Shown in pieces: positions 40,608 to 49,610 of a DNA stretch of 64,000 nt (position 1 is its first letter; each line of letters opens with the position of its first letter). The notes beneath the pieces are model-generated. The model saw only the letters and a program-made list of their open reading frames with translations, was not told the DNA's origin and searched no databases. Both the position numbers and the translations under genes were made by a program. The stretch spans positions 46,140-110,139 of the forward strand of contig CAYUEN010000002.1 in the NCBI GenBank assembly GCA_964443745.1, in the 5' to 3' direction. Source of the stretch: an uncultured Campylobacterales bacterium. Lineage in GTDB: Bacteria; Campylobacterota; Campylobacteria; Campylobacterales; QNZT01.

Positions 40608-41154
40608 TCTTCTCGGCCTGATAGACGTAGATGTCGGGGTGGGCATCGAGGCAGTTGGCGGGAAGACCCGCTTTTTGGCAAAGCGTCATGAAAAAGGTGT
40701 CGAAGTTGGGCAACTGCTCCCAAACGGAGGGGAGATAGGTCGCTTGATGTCCTCCGAGCCTGAGGATCACGCCGTCGATTCCCGGACGGATTTTGGCGCG
40801 CAGATCTTCGGTGTCGGTATAGGCGAGGGGTTTGGGTTCGCTCAGGATGGAGACTTCGATTTCCAACTTGTCGAACTCTTCCGGGCGCAGAGGGGTGAAC
40901 CTCGGGTCGGAAAAGGCGGCGGATTTGGCGTTGTGAATGATGTCGTCTATGAGCGGTTGGTGTGCGACGATCGATCCGATACAGCCGCGAAGGGCGTTGT
41001 GTTCGGTGAGCGTGACGAAAGCCGCGCCGTTTTTCGCCAGTTCCGGAAATTCGCGAATCAACGCCTCTTTGTCGATGGTGTTTTGGCCGGTGAGTTCGTC
41101 CTTGATCGCCTGCCTGGCTATCTGGACGATTCGCTTTTTGAGTGCTTCGGTCAT
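40597..41154 (-). CDS. AMMECR1-domain protein (AmmeMemoRadiSam system protein A-like)
   Basis: GAAFVTL...LRGCIGS core motif. 185 aa. ATGA overlap with the upstream GGDEF-EAL gene. Confidence 0.8.
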   Translation of the reverse strand: MTEALKKRIVQIARQAIKDELTGQNTIDKEALIREFPELAKNGAAFVTLTEHNALRGCIGSIVAHQPLIDDIIHNAKSAAFSDPRFTPLRPEEFDKLEIEVSILSEPKPLAYTDTEDLRAKIRPGIDGVILRLGGHQATYLPSVWEQLPNFDTFFMTLCQKAGLPANCLDAHPDIYVYQAEKITD

Positions 41155-42944
41155 GATGAAAGCCTCCCTGGTTTTCCGATGTAGTAGCCCTGGGCATAAT
41201 CGATGCCGAGTTGTTTCACCTTATCGAAGATCTCCTTAGAGCTGACAAATTCCGCGATCGTTTTGATACCGAGCTCTTTGGAGAAGGAGATGATCGTTTT
41301 GGTGACGATTTCACTCTCTTTGTCGATCGTGAGATTTCGGATCAGGGAGCCGTCTATTTTGATGTAGTCGACGTCGAGTTTGAGGAGTTGTTCGAAATTG
41401 GAATAACCGCTTCCGAAATCGTCGATCGCCACTTTGCAGCCATGCGCCTTGACCTTTTTGATGAAATTGGCCACTTTTCGGTAGTTTTGGATCTGGTCGC
41501 TCTCGAGAATTTCGAACGTCACTTTTTCACCCACCTGATGACGCGCCAACTGTCTGAGGATGAAGCCGGAGACTTTGGGATCGAGAATATCTTCGACCGA
41601 GATGTTGATCGTGATCGCTTGATCGCTTTTTTTGATCTCTTCGAAGCTGTTTTTGATCATAGCCCGGGTCAGATCGGGATAGAGTCTCGATGTTTTGGCG
41701 ATTTCGAGAAAATCTATAGGCCTTTGATAGGAGTTGTCTTTGTTACGGATACGCATCAGGGATTCGAATTTTTCGATCTCTTTCGTTTCGAGATTCATAA
41801 TGGGTTGATAGAGGGGGACTACGCGATTGTCGTTGAGTGCCTCTTTGATCTTTTTGTTGGTTTTGATATTTTCCAGAAATCGCTCTTCGTTGTGGCTTTT
41901 TTTGTTGAAGATTCGGTAGGGTTTTTTCTGTTTCTTCGCCTCTTGCAGTGCGAGATAGGCGTTTTTGAGCATCTGCTCTCTTCCTCTGGAGACTCCCATC
42001 GTCAAAGAGATATCGATATCGGCTCCGAGATAGGAGAAGTTCTCTTTCATAATCGATGACGAGAGTGATTTGAGATACTCTTCGAGTTCGGAAAGCGTAA
42101 TGCGGGATGCCGTGAAAATCGCGAAGTTGTTGTGTTCGAATTTGTAGAGAGAGGCGTTTCTGTTGGGGAGCTGACCGGAGAGCCAGAGCGCGACATGTTC
42201 GAGAAGTTTGTTGCCTGTATCGATTCCGAAAAATTCGTTGATCTCCTCAAATGCATCGATATGGATATAGATAAGCGTAAAGGCGTGGTTGCTCTTTCTC
42301 TTTTTCGCCTCTCTCAGGTCGTCGAGAAGTTTCAGTCGGGTGGGAAGTTTGGTCAGTGGATCGATGAAAAACTGCTTTTTCAATTCACGATCGCTTCTAA
42401 AAACGGAGGTGATATCGTTACAGAGCAGGAGATATTTGGTCCTGTTTTGTCGGGTGGCGGGATAGATAAGGATACTGAGATAACGAATTTCAGCCGATTC
42501 TTTGATTTCCAAAACGCCTTTATAGTTGTTTTCATCTTTAAGCTTGGATTTGATCTCATCCAGAATCTGTCGATTGTTGAGACGTTTTTCCAGAAGATCG
42601 AAGAGATTGCCTTTCAAATCGGAAGTGGTGGGAAAGAGGCTTTTTTGAAACGCCTTGTTGGTGTAGAGAAGGTTGAAATCGGAATCGACTTTGGCAAAAC
42701 ACCCACTGTGTTCCATGATATCCCGATAACCGCCAAGGAGGTTGTTTTGATGGGAGAATTCGGTTTGTAATTTAATATACTTTATTTTTAATAGGAAATA
42801 TGAAATTATCAATAATATACTCAAAAGAAAAATCAATATTTGCGAAGGGGTTCGAAGGAGAAGTGCAATAGTAAAAATCAAAAAAAACAATCCCGTTTGC
42901 CAATAGGGGTCGTTAAATTTGACGCTCTGAAAAATTTTAATCAC
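41151..42944 (-). CDS. membrane-anchored PAS-like / degenerate-GGDEF / EAL protein (likely c-di-GMP phosphodiesterase)
   Basis: 2 N-terminal TM helices. The GGDEF position reads FEHNNF. EAL-domain motifs are intact (FESLMR, DDFGSGYSN, KIDGS, AEFVSS, QGYYIGKP). Confidence 0.8.
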   Translation of the reverse strand: MIKIFQSVKFNDPYWQTGLFFLIFTIALLLRTPSQILIFLLSILLIISYFLLKIKYIKLQTEFSHQNNLLGGYRDIMEHSGCFAKVDSDFNLLYTNKAFQKSLFPTTSDLKGNLFDLLEKRLNNRQILDEIKSKLKDENNYKGVLEIKESAEIRYLSILIYPATRQNRTKYLLLCNDITSVFRSDRELKKQFFIDPLTKLPTRLKLLDDLREAKKRKSNHAFTLIYIHIDAFEEINEFFGIDTGNKLLEHVALWLSGQLPNRNASLYKFEHNNFAIFTASRITLSELEEYLKSLSSSIMKENFSYLGADIDISLTMGVSRGREQMLKNAYLALQEAKKQKKPYRIFNKKSHNEERFLENIKTNKKIKEALNDNRVVPLYQPIMNLETKEIEKFESLMRIRNKDNSYQRPIDFLEIAKTSRLYPDLTRAMIKNSFEEIKKSDQAITINISVEDILDPKVSGFILRQLARHQVGEKVTFEILESDQIQNYRKVANFIKKVKAHGCKVAIDDFGSGYSNFEQLLKLDVDYIKIDGSLIRNLTIDKESEIVTKTIISFSKELGIKTIAEFVSSKEIFDKVKQLGIDYAQGYYIGKPGRLSS

Positions 42945-43204
42945 ACTTAAATCCTAGAACTAAAAATTGAATAAAAGATTATATAGATCTCAAACTGAAA
43001 ATCTAATTATTTTTTTCAAAAAAATCAAATAATTTGCAATATTTTTCCAAAAGGCGATACCGTATCGAAATTAAACTGTAATTAAAGAACTTTTGAGTAA
43101 AATGAGCGCCTTAAAATTCACACACATCAATCCTTGAAAGGTTGTGACACAGGTCACTAAGGGGTGTGGAGGCTAAACCAAAATTTTACACAAGGAGCAT
43201 TGTC

Positions 43205-44215
43205 ATGGTTACAATGAAAGATCTACTCGAATGCGGTGTGCACTTTGGGCACCAGACAAGAAGATGGAATCCAAAGATGAAACCCTATATCTTTGGAGAG
43301 AGAAAAAATATCTATATCATCGATCTTCAAAAGACGCTCAGATACTTCAGATATACATATAATGTAGTACGCGACGCGGCGGCGGAAGGGAAGACGATTC
43401 TTTTCGTGGGCACGAAAAAGCAGGCTGCAAACGCCGTCAAAGAGTATGCCGAAAAGTGTGGTATGCCTTATGTCAACCACAGATGGCTCGGCGGTATGCT
43501 GACCAACTTCCAGACAATCAAAAAATCTATCAGAAAACTCGATATCATCGAAAAAATGGAAGAAGAGGGGCAGATGGATCTTCTGACCAAGAAAGAGGCC
43601 CTGATGCTGCAGAGAAAAAAAGAGAAACTGCTTGATTATCTCGGAGGTATCCGCAACATGAAGGGGGCGCCCGACATGATCTTCATCATCGATACCGTGA
43701 AAGAGAAAATCGCCGTTCAGGAAGCCAACAAGCTGCATATTCCCGTCATTGCGCCGCTGGATACAAACTGTGATCCGGATGTCGTGACTTTTCCGATTCC
43801 GGGCAACGACGACGCTATCAGATCGGTACAGCTTTTCTGCAAAGAGATCGCGGAGGCGATCATCGAAGGTAAAGAGCTGCGTGCCCAGGAGGAGGAGACT
43901 CCAGAAGGAGAGGTTTCGGAAGCGACAGAGAGTACGCCGGTGGGAGATATCTCCGAAGAGGAGAAGGAGAAGCTGATCGAAGAGGCGGTCAAAGAGGGTG
44001 AAGCGATCGAGGAGATCGTCAAGCCGGACGATTTGACGGAGCTCGTAGGTATCGGCAAGGCGTATGCGGCGAAACTCAACGCGATGGGTATCCACACTTT
44101 CGCGCAGGTAGCGAACATGACACCGGAGCAGATCGAAGCGATGGAAAAAGAACATAGATTCAAAGGTGACTTTACCGAGACGGTAAAAGATGCCAAAAGC
44201 AAAATAGGAGCGTAG
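43205..44215 (+). CDS. rpsB: 30S ribosomal protein S2 with ~110-aa C-terminal extension
   Basis: [25 protein letters not shown]-terminus. The core is ~225 aa, followed by an E-rich linker and a GIG-containing helix-hairpin-helix-like segment. Confidence 0.92.
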   Translation: MVTMKDLLECGVHFGHQTRRWNPKMKPYIFGERKNIYIIDLQKTLRYFRYTYNVVRDAAAEGKTILFVGTKKQAANAVKEYAEKCGMPYVNHRWLGGMLTNFQTIKKSIRKLDIIEKMEEEGQMDLLTKKEALMLQRKKEKLLDYLGGIRNMKGAPDMIFIIDTVKEKIAVQEANKLHIPVIAPLDTNCDPDVVTFPIPGNDDAIRSVQLFCKEIAEAIIEGKELRAQEEETPEGEVSEATESTPVGDISEEEKEKLIEEAVKEGEAIEEIVKPDDLTELVGIGKAYAAKLNAMGIHTFAQVANMTPEQIEAMEKEHRFKGDFTETVKDAKSKIGA

Positions 44216-44217
44216 GA

Positions 44218-45138
44218 ATGGCGAACATAACAGCGGCGATGGTCAAGGAGCTCAGAGAGCTCACCGGTGCGGGTATGATGGATTGTAAAAAGGCGTTGGT
44301 CGAGACGGAAGGTGACATCGATGCGGCAATCGAACTTCTGAGAAAGAAGGGATTGGGAAAAGCGGCGAAAAAATCCGACAGACTCGCCAGCGAGGGATTG
44401 ATCACCGTGGTCGTCAGCGACGATTACAAAAAGGCGACGATCAGTGAAATCAATTCAGAAACCGATTTTGTCGCGAAAAACGAAAACTTTATCAGTATGA
44501 CGAAAAAAGCGACCCGGCATATGCAAGAGAGCGACGTCGTCACCACAGAAGAGCTTCTGAAGACCGAAATCGATGGTACTCCTTTCGAAGAGTATATCAA
44601 CATTCAGATCGCCACGATCGGGGAAAACCTCGTCGTTAGGCGTTTCACGACGCTCAAAGCGGGCGAAAACGGTGTCGTCAACGGATATTGCCACTCCAAC
44701 GGTCGGGTTGGCGTGATTCTCGCGGCCAAGTGCGATAGCGAAAAGACTTGTGAAGGGGCGAGAGAACTTCTGAAAAATATCGCGATGCATGCGGCGGCGA
44801 TGAATCCCCAATATCTGAGTGAAGATCAGATTCCAGCGGAGGTACTCTCCAAAGAGGAAGAGATCGCCAAGGAGCAACTCAAAAAAGAGGGCAAACCGGA
44901 AAAAATCTGGGACAAGATTCTTCCAGGAAAAATCGCGAAATTCAAAAGTGACAACACGCTTCTGGGGCAGAAATTCGTCATGGACGACAAAAAGACGGTT
45001 CAGGAAGTGATCGATGAAAAAGCCAAAGAGCTTGGAGGAAAGATCGAGCTGGTCGAATATGTACGTTATGAACTCGGTGAAGGGTTGGAGAAAAAAGCGG
45101 ACGATTTCGCATCCGAAGTCGCGGCACAACTGAAATAG
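44218..45138 (+). CDS. tsf: translation elongation factor Ts
   Basis: ITAAMVKELRELTGAGMMDCKKAL UBA-like N-terminus. Follows rpsB by 2 nt. Confidence 0.92.
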   Translation: MANITAAMVKELRELTGAGMMDCKKALVETEGDIDAAIELLRKKGLGKAAKKSDRLASEGLITVVVSDDYKKATISEINSETDFVAKNENFISMTKKATRHMQESDVVTTEELLKTEIDGTPFEEYINIQIATIGENLVVRRFTTLKAGENGVVNGYCHSNGRVGVILAAKCDSEKTCEGARELLKNIAMHAAAMNPQYLSEDQIPAEVLSKEEEIAKEQLKKEGKPEKIWDKILPGKIAKFKSDNTLLGQKFVMDDKKTVQEVIDEKAKELGGKIELVEYVRYELGEGLEKKADDFASEVAAQLK

Positions 45139-45156
45139 ATTTCGAAGGAGAAGAGC

Positions 45157-45852
45157 ATGGAAGAGGCAGTGCAGATTCCGGACTCTTCTCTCCCCGTTGG
45201 TGACAAACTACTGCTTGTCGCCTCCAATATCTCCCACGCTTTCGATTATACCCTCTTCGAACATGTAGATTTGAGTATCCACCAGCGCGAAACGATCGCC
45301 GTACTGGGTGTCAGCGGAAGTGGGAAGTCGACCCTGTTGCATATACTCTCTTCACTACTCAAACCAAACAAAGGGAGAGTGATTTTCGACAAAGGATACC
45401 TCTATGAGCAGAGTGACAGGGAGTTGCTGCGGATTCGGCGCGAAGCGTTTGGAATCATTTTTCAGTCGCACTACCTTTTCAAGGGTTTTACCGCTTTGGA
45501 AAACCTCGAAGTGGCGTCGATCGTCGCCAACAGAAAAATCGATTACAAACTCCTCGAGCATTTGAAGATAGAACAGAATCTGGCGCAGAATGTTTCGGAG
45601 CTCTCCGGTGGCCAACAACAGCGTGTTTCGATCGCGAGAGTTCTGATCAAGAAGCCGAAAATCATCTTCGCGGACGAACCGACCGGAAATTTGGACCGGG
45701 GTACAGCCGATGAAGTGATGAAAGTATTGATCCACTACACCAAACAAAACGATGGCGGCTTGTTTGTCGTCACCCACGATGAAAAGATCGCGGCGATGTG
45801 CGATACCGTCTATCGTCTGCAGGACAAGAGGCTTCAGCCGGTCATACTCTGA
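45157..45852 (+). CDS. ABC transporter ATP-binding protein (LolD/FtsE-like)
   Basis: Walker [10 protein letters not shown], signature [14 protein letters not shown], Walker [13 protein letters not shown]. Confidence 0.8.
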   Translation: MEEAVQIPDSSLPVGDKLLLVASNISHAFDYTLFEHVDLSIHQRETIAVLGVSGSGKSTLLHILSSLLKPNKGRVIFDKGYLYEQSDRELLRIRREAFGIIFQSHYLFKGFTALENLEVASIVANRKIDYKLLEHLKIEQNLAQNVSELSGGQQQRVSIARVLIKKPKIIFADEPTGNLDRGTADEVMKVLIHYTKQNDGGLFVVTHDEKIAAMCDTVYRLQDKRLQPVIL

Positions 45853-46616
45853 TGCAGATCGTCGATTTCATCACCGAAAACAACGCGATCCTCTTTATTC
45901 TTCTCTTTTCCAGAATCAGCGGAGTGATGGTCTCCTTCCCTTTTTTCAGCCACCTTTCCATACCTGTCACCGTCAAGACGGCATTGGCCTTCTATCTGAC
46001 ACTCCTCTTTTTTCCCGATGCCCATCTGGCGCATCTGCCTCAGAGTGGTACGATGGTGGTGTTGTTGGTGCTCACGGAACTGATGATCGGCTTGATCGCA
46101 GGTGTCGTTTTGCAACTCATTTTCGGAGCTTTGGGAATCGCGGGTATGCAGATTTCGATGGTGATGGGTTTTTCGATGGCTTCGGTGATGGATCCGGTTA
46201 CGGGTGTATCCACGCCGATTATCGCACAGTTTCTGACGTTGATGGGGATTATGATACTGCTCGCGTTCAACGGTCATCATCTTATGCTTCTTTTTCTCGG
46301 GGAAAGTATCACCCATATCGGATTGGGCGGGTTTTATCCGAAGCACCATCTTGCCGAGTATCTGATCGATGGATTCGCCCATATGTTCGTGATGGGGTTC
46401 ATTCTCTCATTTCCCATCATCGCACTCTCCATTCTGTCCGATGTTATCTTCGGTATGTTGATGAAAACGATGCCGCAGTTCAATCTGCTCGTCGTAGGTT
46501 TTCCGATAAAGATCTTTCTTTCGATCGTGGTGCTTTCCGTAGTTCTGGGATCGATGATGACGATTTTCAAAAGAGAATTTTTGAGTGCATTCGAATTTCT
46601 CAAGCACTTTTGGTAG
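45852..46616 (+). CDS. fliR: flagellar biosynthetic protein FliR
   Basis: Polytopic. N-terminus FILLFSRISGVMVSFPFFS is typical of FliR. TGATG overlap with the upstream ABC ATPase. Confidence 0.85.
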   Translation: MQIVDFITENNAILFILLFSRISGVMVSFPFFSHLSIPVTVKTALAFYLTLLFFPDAHLAHLPQSGTMVVLLVLTELMIGLIAGVVLQLIFGALGIAGMQISMVMGFSMASVMDPVTGVSTPIIAQFLTLMGIMILLAFNGHHLMLLFLGESITHIGLGGFYPKHHLAEYLIDGFAHMFVMGFILSFPIIALSILSDVIFGMLMKTMPQFNLLVVGFPIKIFLSIVVLSVVLGSMMTIFKREFLSAFEFLKHFW

Positions 46617-46622
46617 GCGAGG

Positions 46623-47192
46623 TTATTTAAAAAGCCGGCTCTGCTTTTTGAGTGTTTCGAAATAGCGGTTCATTTTTTTGGCGAGTGCATAGTCTCGGGT
46701 GATATAGAGAATCTCGTAGTTGAGTCCAAAAGCGCTGTAGGACCAATTGGCCGATCCGAAGATGACGGTTTTGTTGTCGATAATCGCTGCTTTGATATGC
46801 ATTTTGCCATAATAATCTCCCTTTTGGGAAATACGCCCTTTGAGGCGATAGACCGTGATATTGCGATACTTTGCGAGATAGTAGAGCATCGAGTGACGTC
46901 TTTGCTCATGTGAAGATTTTTCGTCGAAAATGATTTCGATTTTGACACCTCGCTTGGCGGCGTGTTTTAATTTGTTTGCTATCTTTTTATGGGTAAAATT
47001 ATAAATCGTTATTTTGATCGAGTGTTTGGCCAGATCGATTTCCCTGAGCATCGCATCGAGTGCCGCCTCTTTCTGTTCCGGCATCAGATAGAGATGGGAG
47101 GTGGCGCGTGTGGCGTGCAGTGGGGAGAGAAAGATGTACAGAAGCAGCAGAATCGATACGATCGATCTTTTTGAAAAAGCGTCAGCGGCCAT
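46623..47192 (-). CDS. nucT: secreted phospholipase-D-family nuclease (Nuc/NucT-like)
   Basis: Signal peptide ...SILLLLYIFLSPLHA. Single HKD motif HIKAAIIDNKTVIFGSANWS. Sits next to the poly-E protein and gmk, as HP0323 does in H. pylori. Confidence 0.7.
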   Translation of the reverse strand: MAADAFSKRSIVSILLLLYIFLSPLHATRATSHLYLMPEQKEAALDAMLREIDLAKHSIKITIYNFTHKKIANKLKHAAKRGVKIEIIFDEKSSHEQRRHSMLYYLAKYRNITVYRLKGRISQKGDYYGKMHIKAAIIDNKTVIFGSANWSYSAFGLNYEILYITRDYALAKKMNRYFETLKKQSRLFK

Positions 47193-47259
47193 CCAGAATC
47201 CTGCCTCAAATATAAAATTGCTATAATTGTAACAAAAAAGCTTAAAACCGGAGTACCCT

Positions 47260-48711
47260 ATGGCTTCCATCCTTTTGATCAACGACAATAAAATCGTCTC
47301 CAGACTTTTGAAGCTGAGTTCGCAGAAAAACGGTTACGACCTCGAAGAGGTGACGGCGCTTCCAGCTTCGAAAGATACCTACGATTTCGTTTTTGTCGAT
47401 AGTGAACAGTATGATACAGCATTGTTGCAACAGATACGCGACACGCTCCATTTTCAAAAACTCGTCTATATCGGTATGAAAAACGAAACGCTTCCCGATG
47501 GATTCGATCTGGAGATAGAAAAGCCGTTTTTGCCTACGGATTTCGTGAAAATGATCGAAGAAAATTACCAGGTATCTCAGGAAAGTCCACTGTCTGAAGA
47601 GGTTGGAGCGGAAGAGAAAAAGCAGGAGGAGGATGAGCTTTTCAATTTGGATGAAATCGACGAGTCGTTACTCGAAGAGGGGGAGGTATCCGAAGAGAAG
47701 CTCGAAGAATTACTGGAGCCTATGGAGGTGGAGAGTACGTTGATCGAAGAGGTGGAAACGGTCGAAGAGACACATCCCGATATCGTTTCGGAGGTGGCAT
47801 CGGCCATCGCCGAGGATGAGGGGGAGACGAAAACCGAAGATTTGGCGAATATGCTCGAAGAGATCGAAGAGATGGAAGTGTCGGAGACGGAGTCGTCGCA
47901 ACTCTCCGAAGGTGATGAAGAGGTGACCTCGGCAAAAGAGGAAGAGACGCTGCTCGATCTGGAGGCGGAGAAGATGCATGAAGAGATCGAAGCGGAAGAA
48001 AAAGAGCATGTTTCCGATGAAGATCTGGAATTGCCTCCATTGGAGGAAGAGACACTGCTCGATCTGGAAGCGGAAAAGATGGATAAAGAACAAGCTTCAT
48101 TCCAGGAGAGAGAGACAGAAACCGCAGGAACGGAAGAGATCGAAGAGATGGCGGAGCGGGAGATTCTCGAAGATCCCGAGGCGTTCGACGAGATGACGGA
48201 AGAGGCGGTGATGGCGGCGGTTTCCGGAGAAGAGAAAACCGAAAATGAAGAGAGCGGTGTGGGTTTGACGACGATGGTCGCAGCTGCAGCGGCGGGTGCC
48301 GTGGCAGCTACGACCTCTACAGACGCGGAAAGTGGAAAAGAGGCGGAAAATGAAGAGGCGATTGCCGATATTCTCGAAGGTGTGGAGGGCACGGAGAAAG
48401 AGAGCGATTATCTGATTACCGACGAGAAGGAGGAGATCGAGGAGTTGACGGAGGATTTCGCTTCTCTCAACGAAGAGGAGATCAAACGGATATTGGGTGA
48501 GAGCGGTGAGGATCTCTCGGAAGTCGGAACGGAAGAGATCATCGAGGAGCGGTACGAGAGCGAAGGAGAAGAGGAGGTGATTCAGCCGCAGGATATGGAG
48601 CAGATGATACAGCAGGCGGTCGCCAAGGCGTTGACGGCGGAGATGATCTCTGAAGCTTTCAAAAACATGGACGTGACGGTCAACATCACTTTCAAGCCGA
48701 AGGAGCAGTAG
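47260..48711 (+). CDS. poly-Glu-rich protein with REC-like N-terminal domain (ChePep-like)
   Basis: N-terminal ~105 aa has a receiver-like layout (ILLINDN, DFVFVDS, EKPFLP). The rest is extremely acidic low complexity. Synteny matches H. pylori HP0322 (ChePep). Confidence 0.6.
   Translation: MASILLINDNKIVSRLLKLSSQKNGYDLEEVTALPASKDTYDFVFVDSEQYDTALLQQIRDTLHFQKLVYIGMKNETLPDGFDLEIEKPFLPTDFVKMIEENYQVSQESPLSEEVGAEEKKQEEDELFNLDEIDESLLEEGEVSEEKLEELLEPMEVESTLIEEVETVEETHPDIVSEVASAIAEDEGETKTEDLANMLEEIEEMEVSETESSQLSEGDEEVTSAKEEETLLDLEAEKMHEEIEAEEKEHVSDEDLELPPLEEETLLDLEAEKMDKEQASFQERETETAGTEEIEEMAEREILEDPEAFDEMTEEAVMAAVSGEEKTENEESGVGLTTMVAAAAAGAVAATTSTDAESGKEAENEEAIADILEGVEGTEKESDYLITDEKEEIEELTEDFASLNEEEIKRILGESGEDLSEVGTEEIIEERYESEGEEEVIQPQDMEQMIQQAVAKALTAEMISEAFKNMDVTVNITFKPKEQ
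47941..48085 (+). repeat. direct repeat inside the poly-E gene (two ~40-bp copies 105 bp apart)
   Basis: GAAGAGACGCTGCTCGATCTGGAGGCGGAGAAGATGCATG (47941-) versus GAAGAGACACTGCTCGATCTGGAAGCGGAAAAGATGGATA (48046-). Both encode EETLLDLEAEKM(H/D). Confidence 0.75.
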
Positions 48712-49314
48712 ATGAGAGGGAACATCCTCGTACTTTCCGGCCCGAGCGGATGCGGAAAGAGTTCGGTGATCTCTGAAGCGCTGGAGAGGTTCGGGGATAT
48801 CCACTTTTCGATCTCCACCACCACGCGACCGAAACGTCCGCACGAAAAAGATGGTGTGGATTACTATTTCATCTCCAAAAAACAGTTCGAAAAGGAGATA
48901 GAAGAGGGGTGTTTTCTGGAGTGGGCGAAGGTGCATGACAACTACTACGGTACCTCTCTTCGGCCGATCGAAGAGGCGCTGGATGCGGGCAAACTGGTTT
49001 TGTTCGATATCGATGTACAAGGCCATGCGATCGTACGCGCCAAATATCCCCGTATCACCACCTCTCTTTTTATGACGACCCCTTCCGAGGAGATCCTCAG
49101 AGAGCGTCTGATGCAGCGTGGCACGGATTCTGTGGAGGTGATAAAGCGGCGGTTGAAAAACGCCAGGGAAGAGATGAAGCGGATGGAGGAGTACGACTTT
49201 TTGCTGATCAACGACAAATTCGACGAGACGATCGATCGATTCTGCTCCATAATCGAAACGGCGAGATTGAAACACCCCCTCGAGGATCTGGAGGATTTCT
49301 ACCGCAACTGGTAA
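48712..49314 (+). CDS. gmk: guanylate kinase
   Basis: P-loop [25 protein letters not shown]. The start abuts the stop of the poly-E gene. Confidence 0.92.
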   Translation: MRGNILVLSGPSGCGKSSVISEALERFGDIHFSISTTTRPKRPHEKDGVDYYFISKKQFEKEIEEGCFLEWAKVHDNYYGTSLRPIEEALDAGKLVLFDIDVQGHAIVRAKYPRITTSLFMTTPSEEILRERLMQRGTDSVEVIKRRLKNAREEMKRMEEYDFLLINDKFDETIDRFCSIIETARLKHPLEDLEDFYRNW

Positions 49315-49330
49315 AGCTTTTATCAACTAA

Positions 49331-49339
49331 TGCTATAAT
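49331..49339 (+). promoter_or_regulatory. candidate extended -10 promoter (TGcTATAAT) for tatA
   Basis: TGCTATAAT lies 31 nt upstream of the tatA ATG, with AAGGA 8 nt before the ATG. Confidence 0.35.
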
Positions 49340-49370
49340 ATCTCCTCAACTTACTATCGAAGGATACAAT

Positions 49371-49598
49371 ATGGGAATGCCAAGTGGAATGGAACTGCTG
49401 ATCATCGCACTGGTCGTACTGCTGCTTTTCGGAGGCAAGAAGATACCGGAGCTCGCCAAGGGTCTGGGCAGCGGAATCCGAAATTTCAAAAAGGCGGTCA
49501 AAGAGGACGATGAGGTAGCCGAAGCTCCGAAAGAGAAGATCGAGGGCAAAGAGGAGACGGCGTCGTCTGCCAAGAGCGAAGAGCAGACCAAAGCGTAG
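49371..49598 (+). CDS. tatA: twin-arginine translocase subunit TatA/E
   Basis: 75 aa: TM helix [26 protein letters not shown] followed by an amphipathic helix. Confidence 0.85.
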   Translation: MGMPSGMELLIIALVVLLLFGGKKIPELAKGLGSGIRNFKKAVKEDDEVAEAPKEKIEGKEETASSAKSEEQTKA

Positions 49599-49610
49599 GG
49601 ATCACGACGT

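Noticed and set aside
47577-48392. A 271-aa Ser-rich minus-strand ORF and further overlapping ORFs in the poly-E gene.
   Set aside because: They are mirror images of GAA/GAG-rich coding sequence (TTC/CTC give Ser/Phe/Leu-rich frames). They are an artefact of the low-complexity acidic region.
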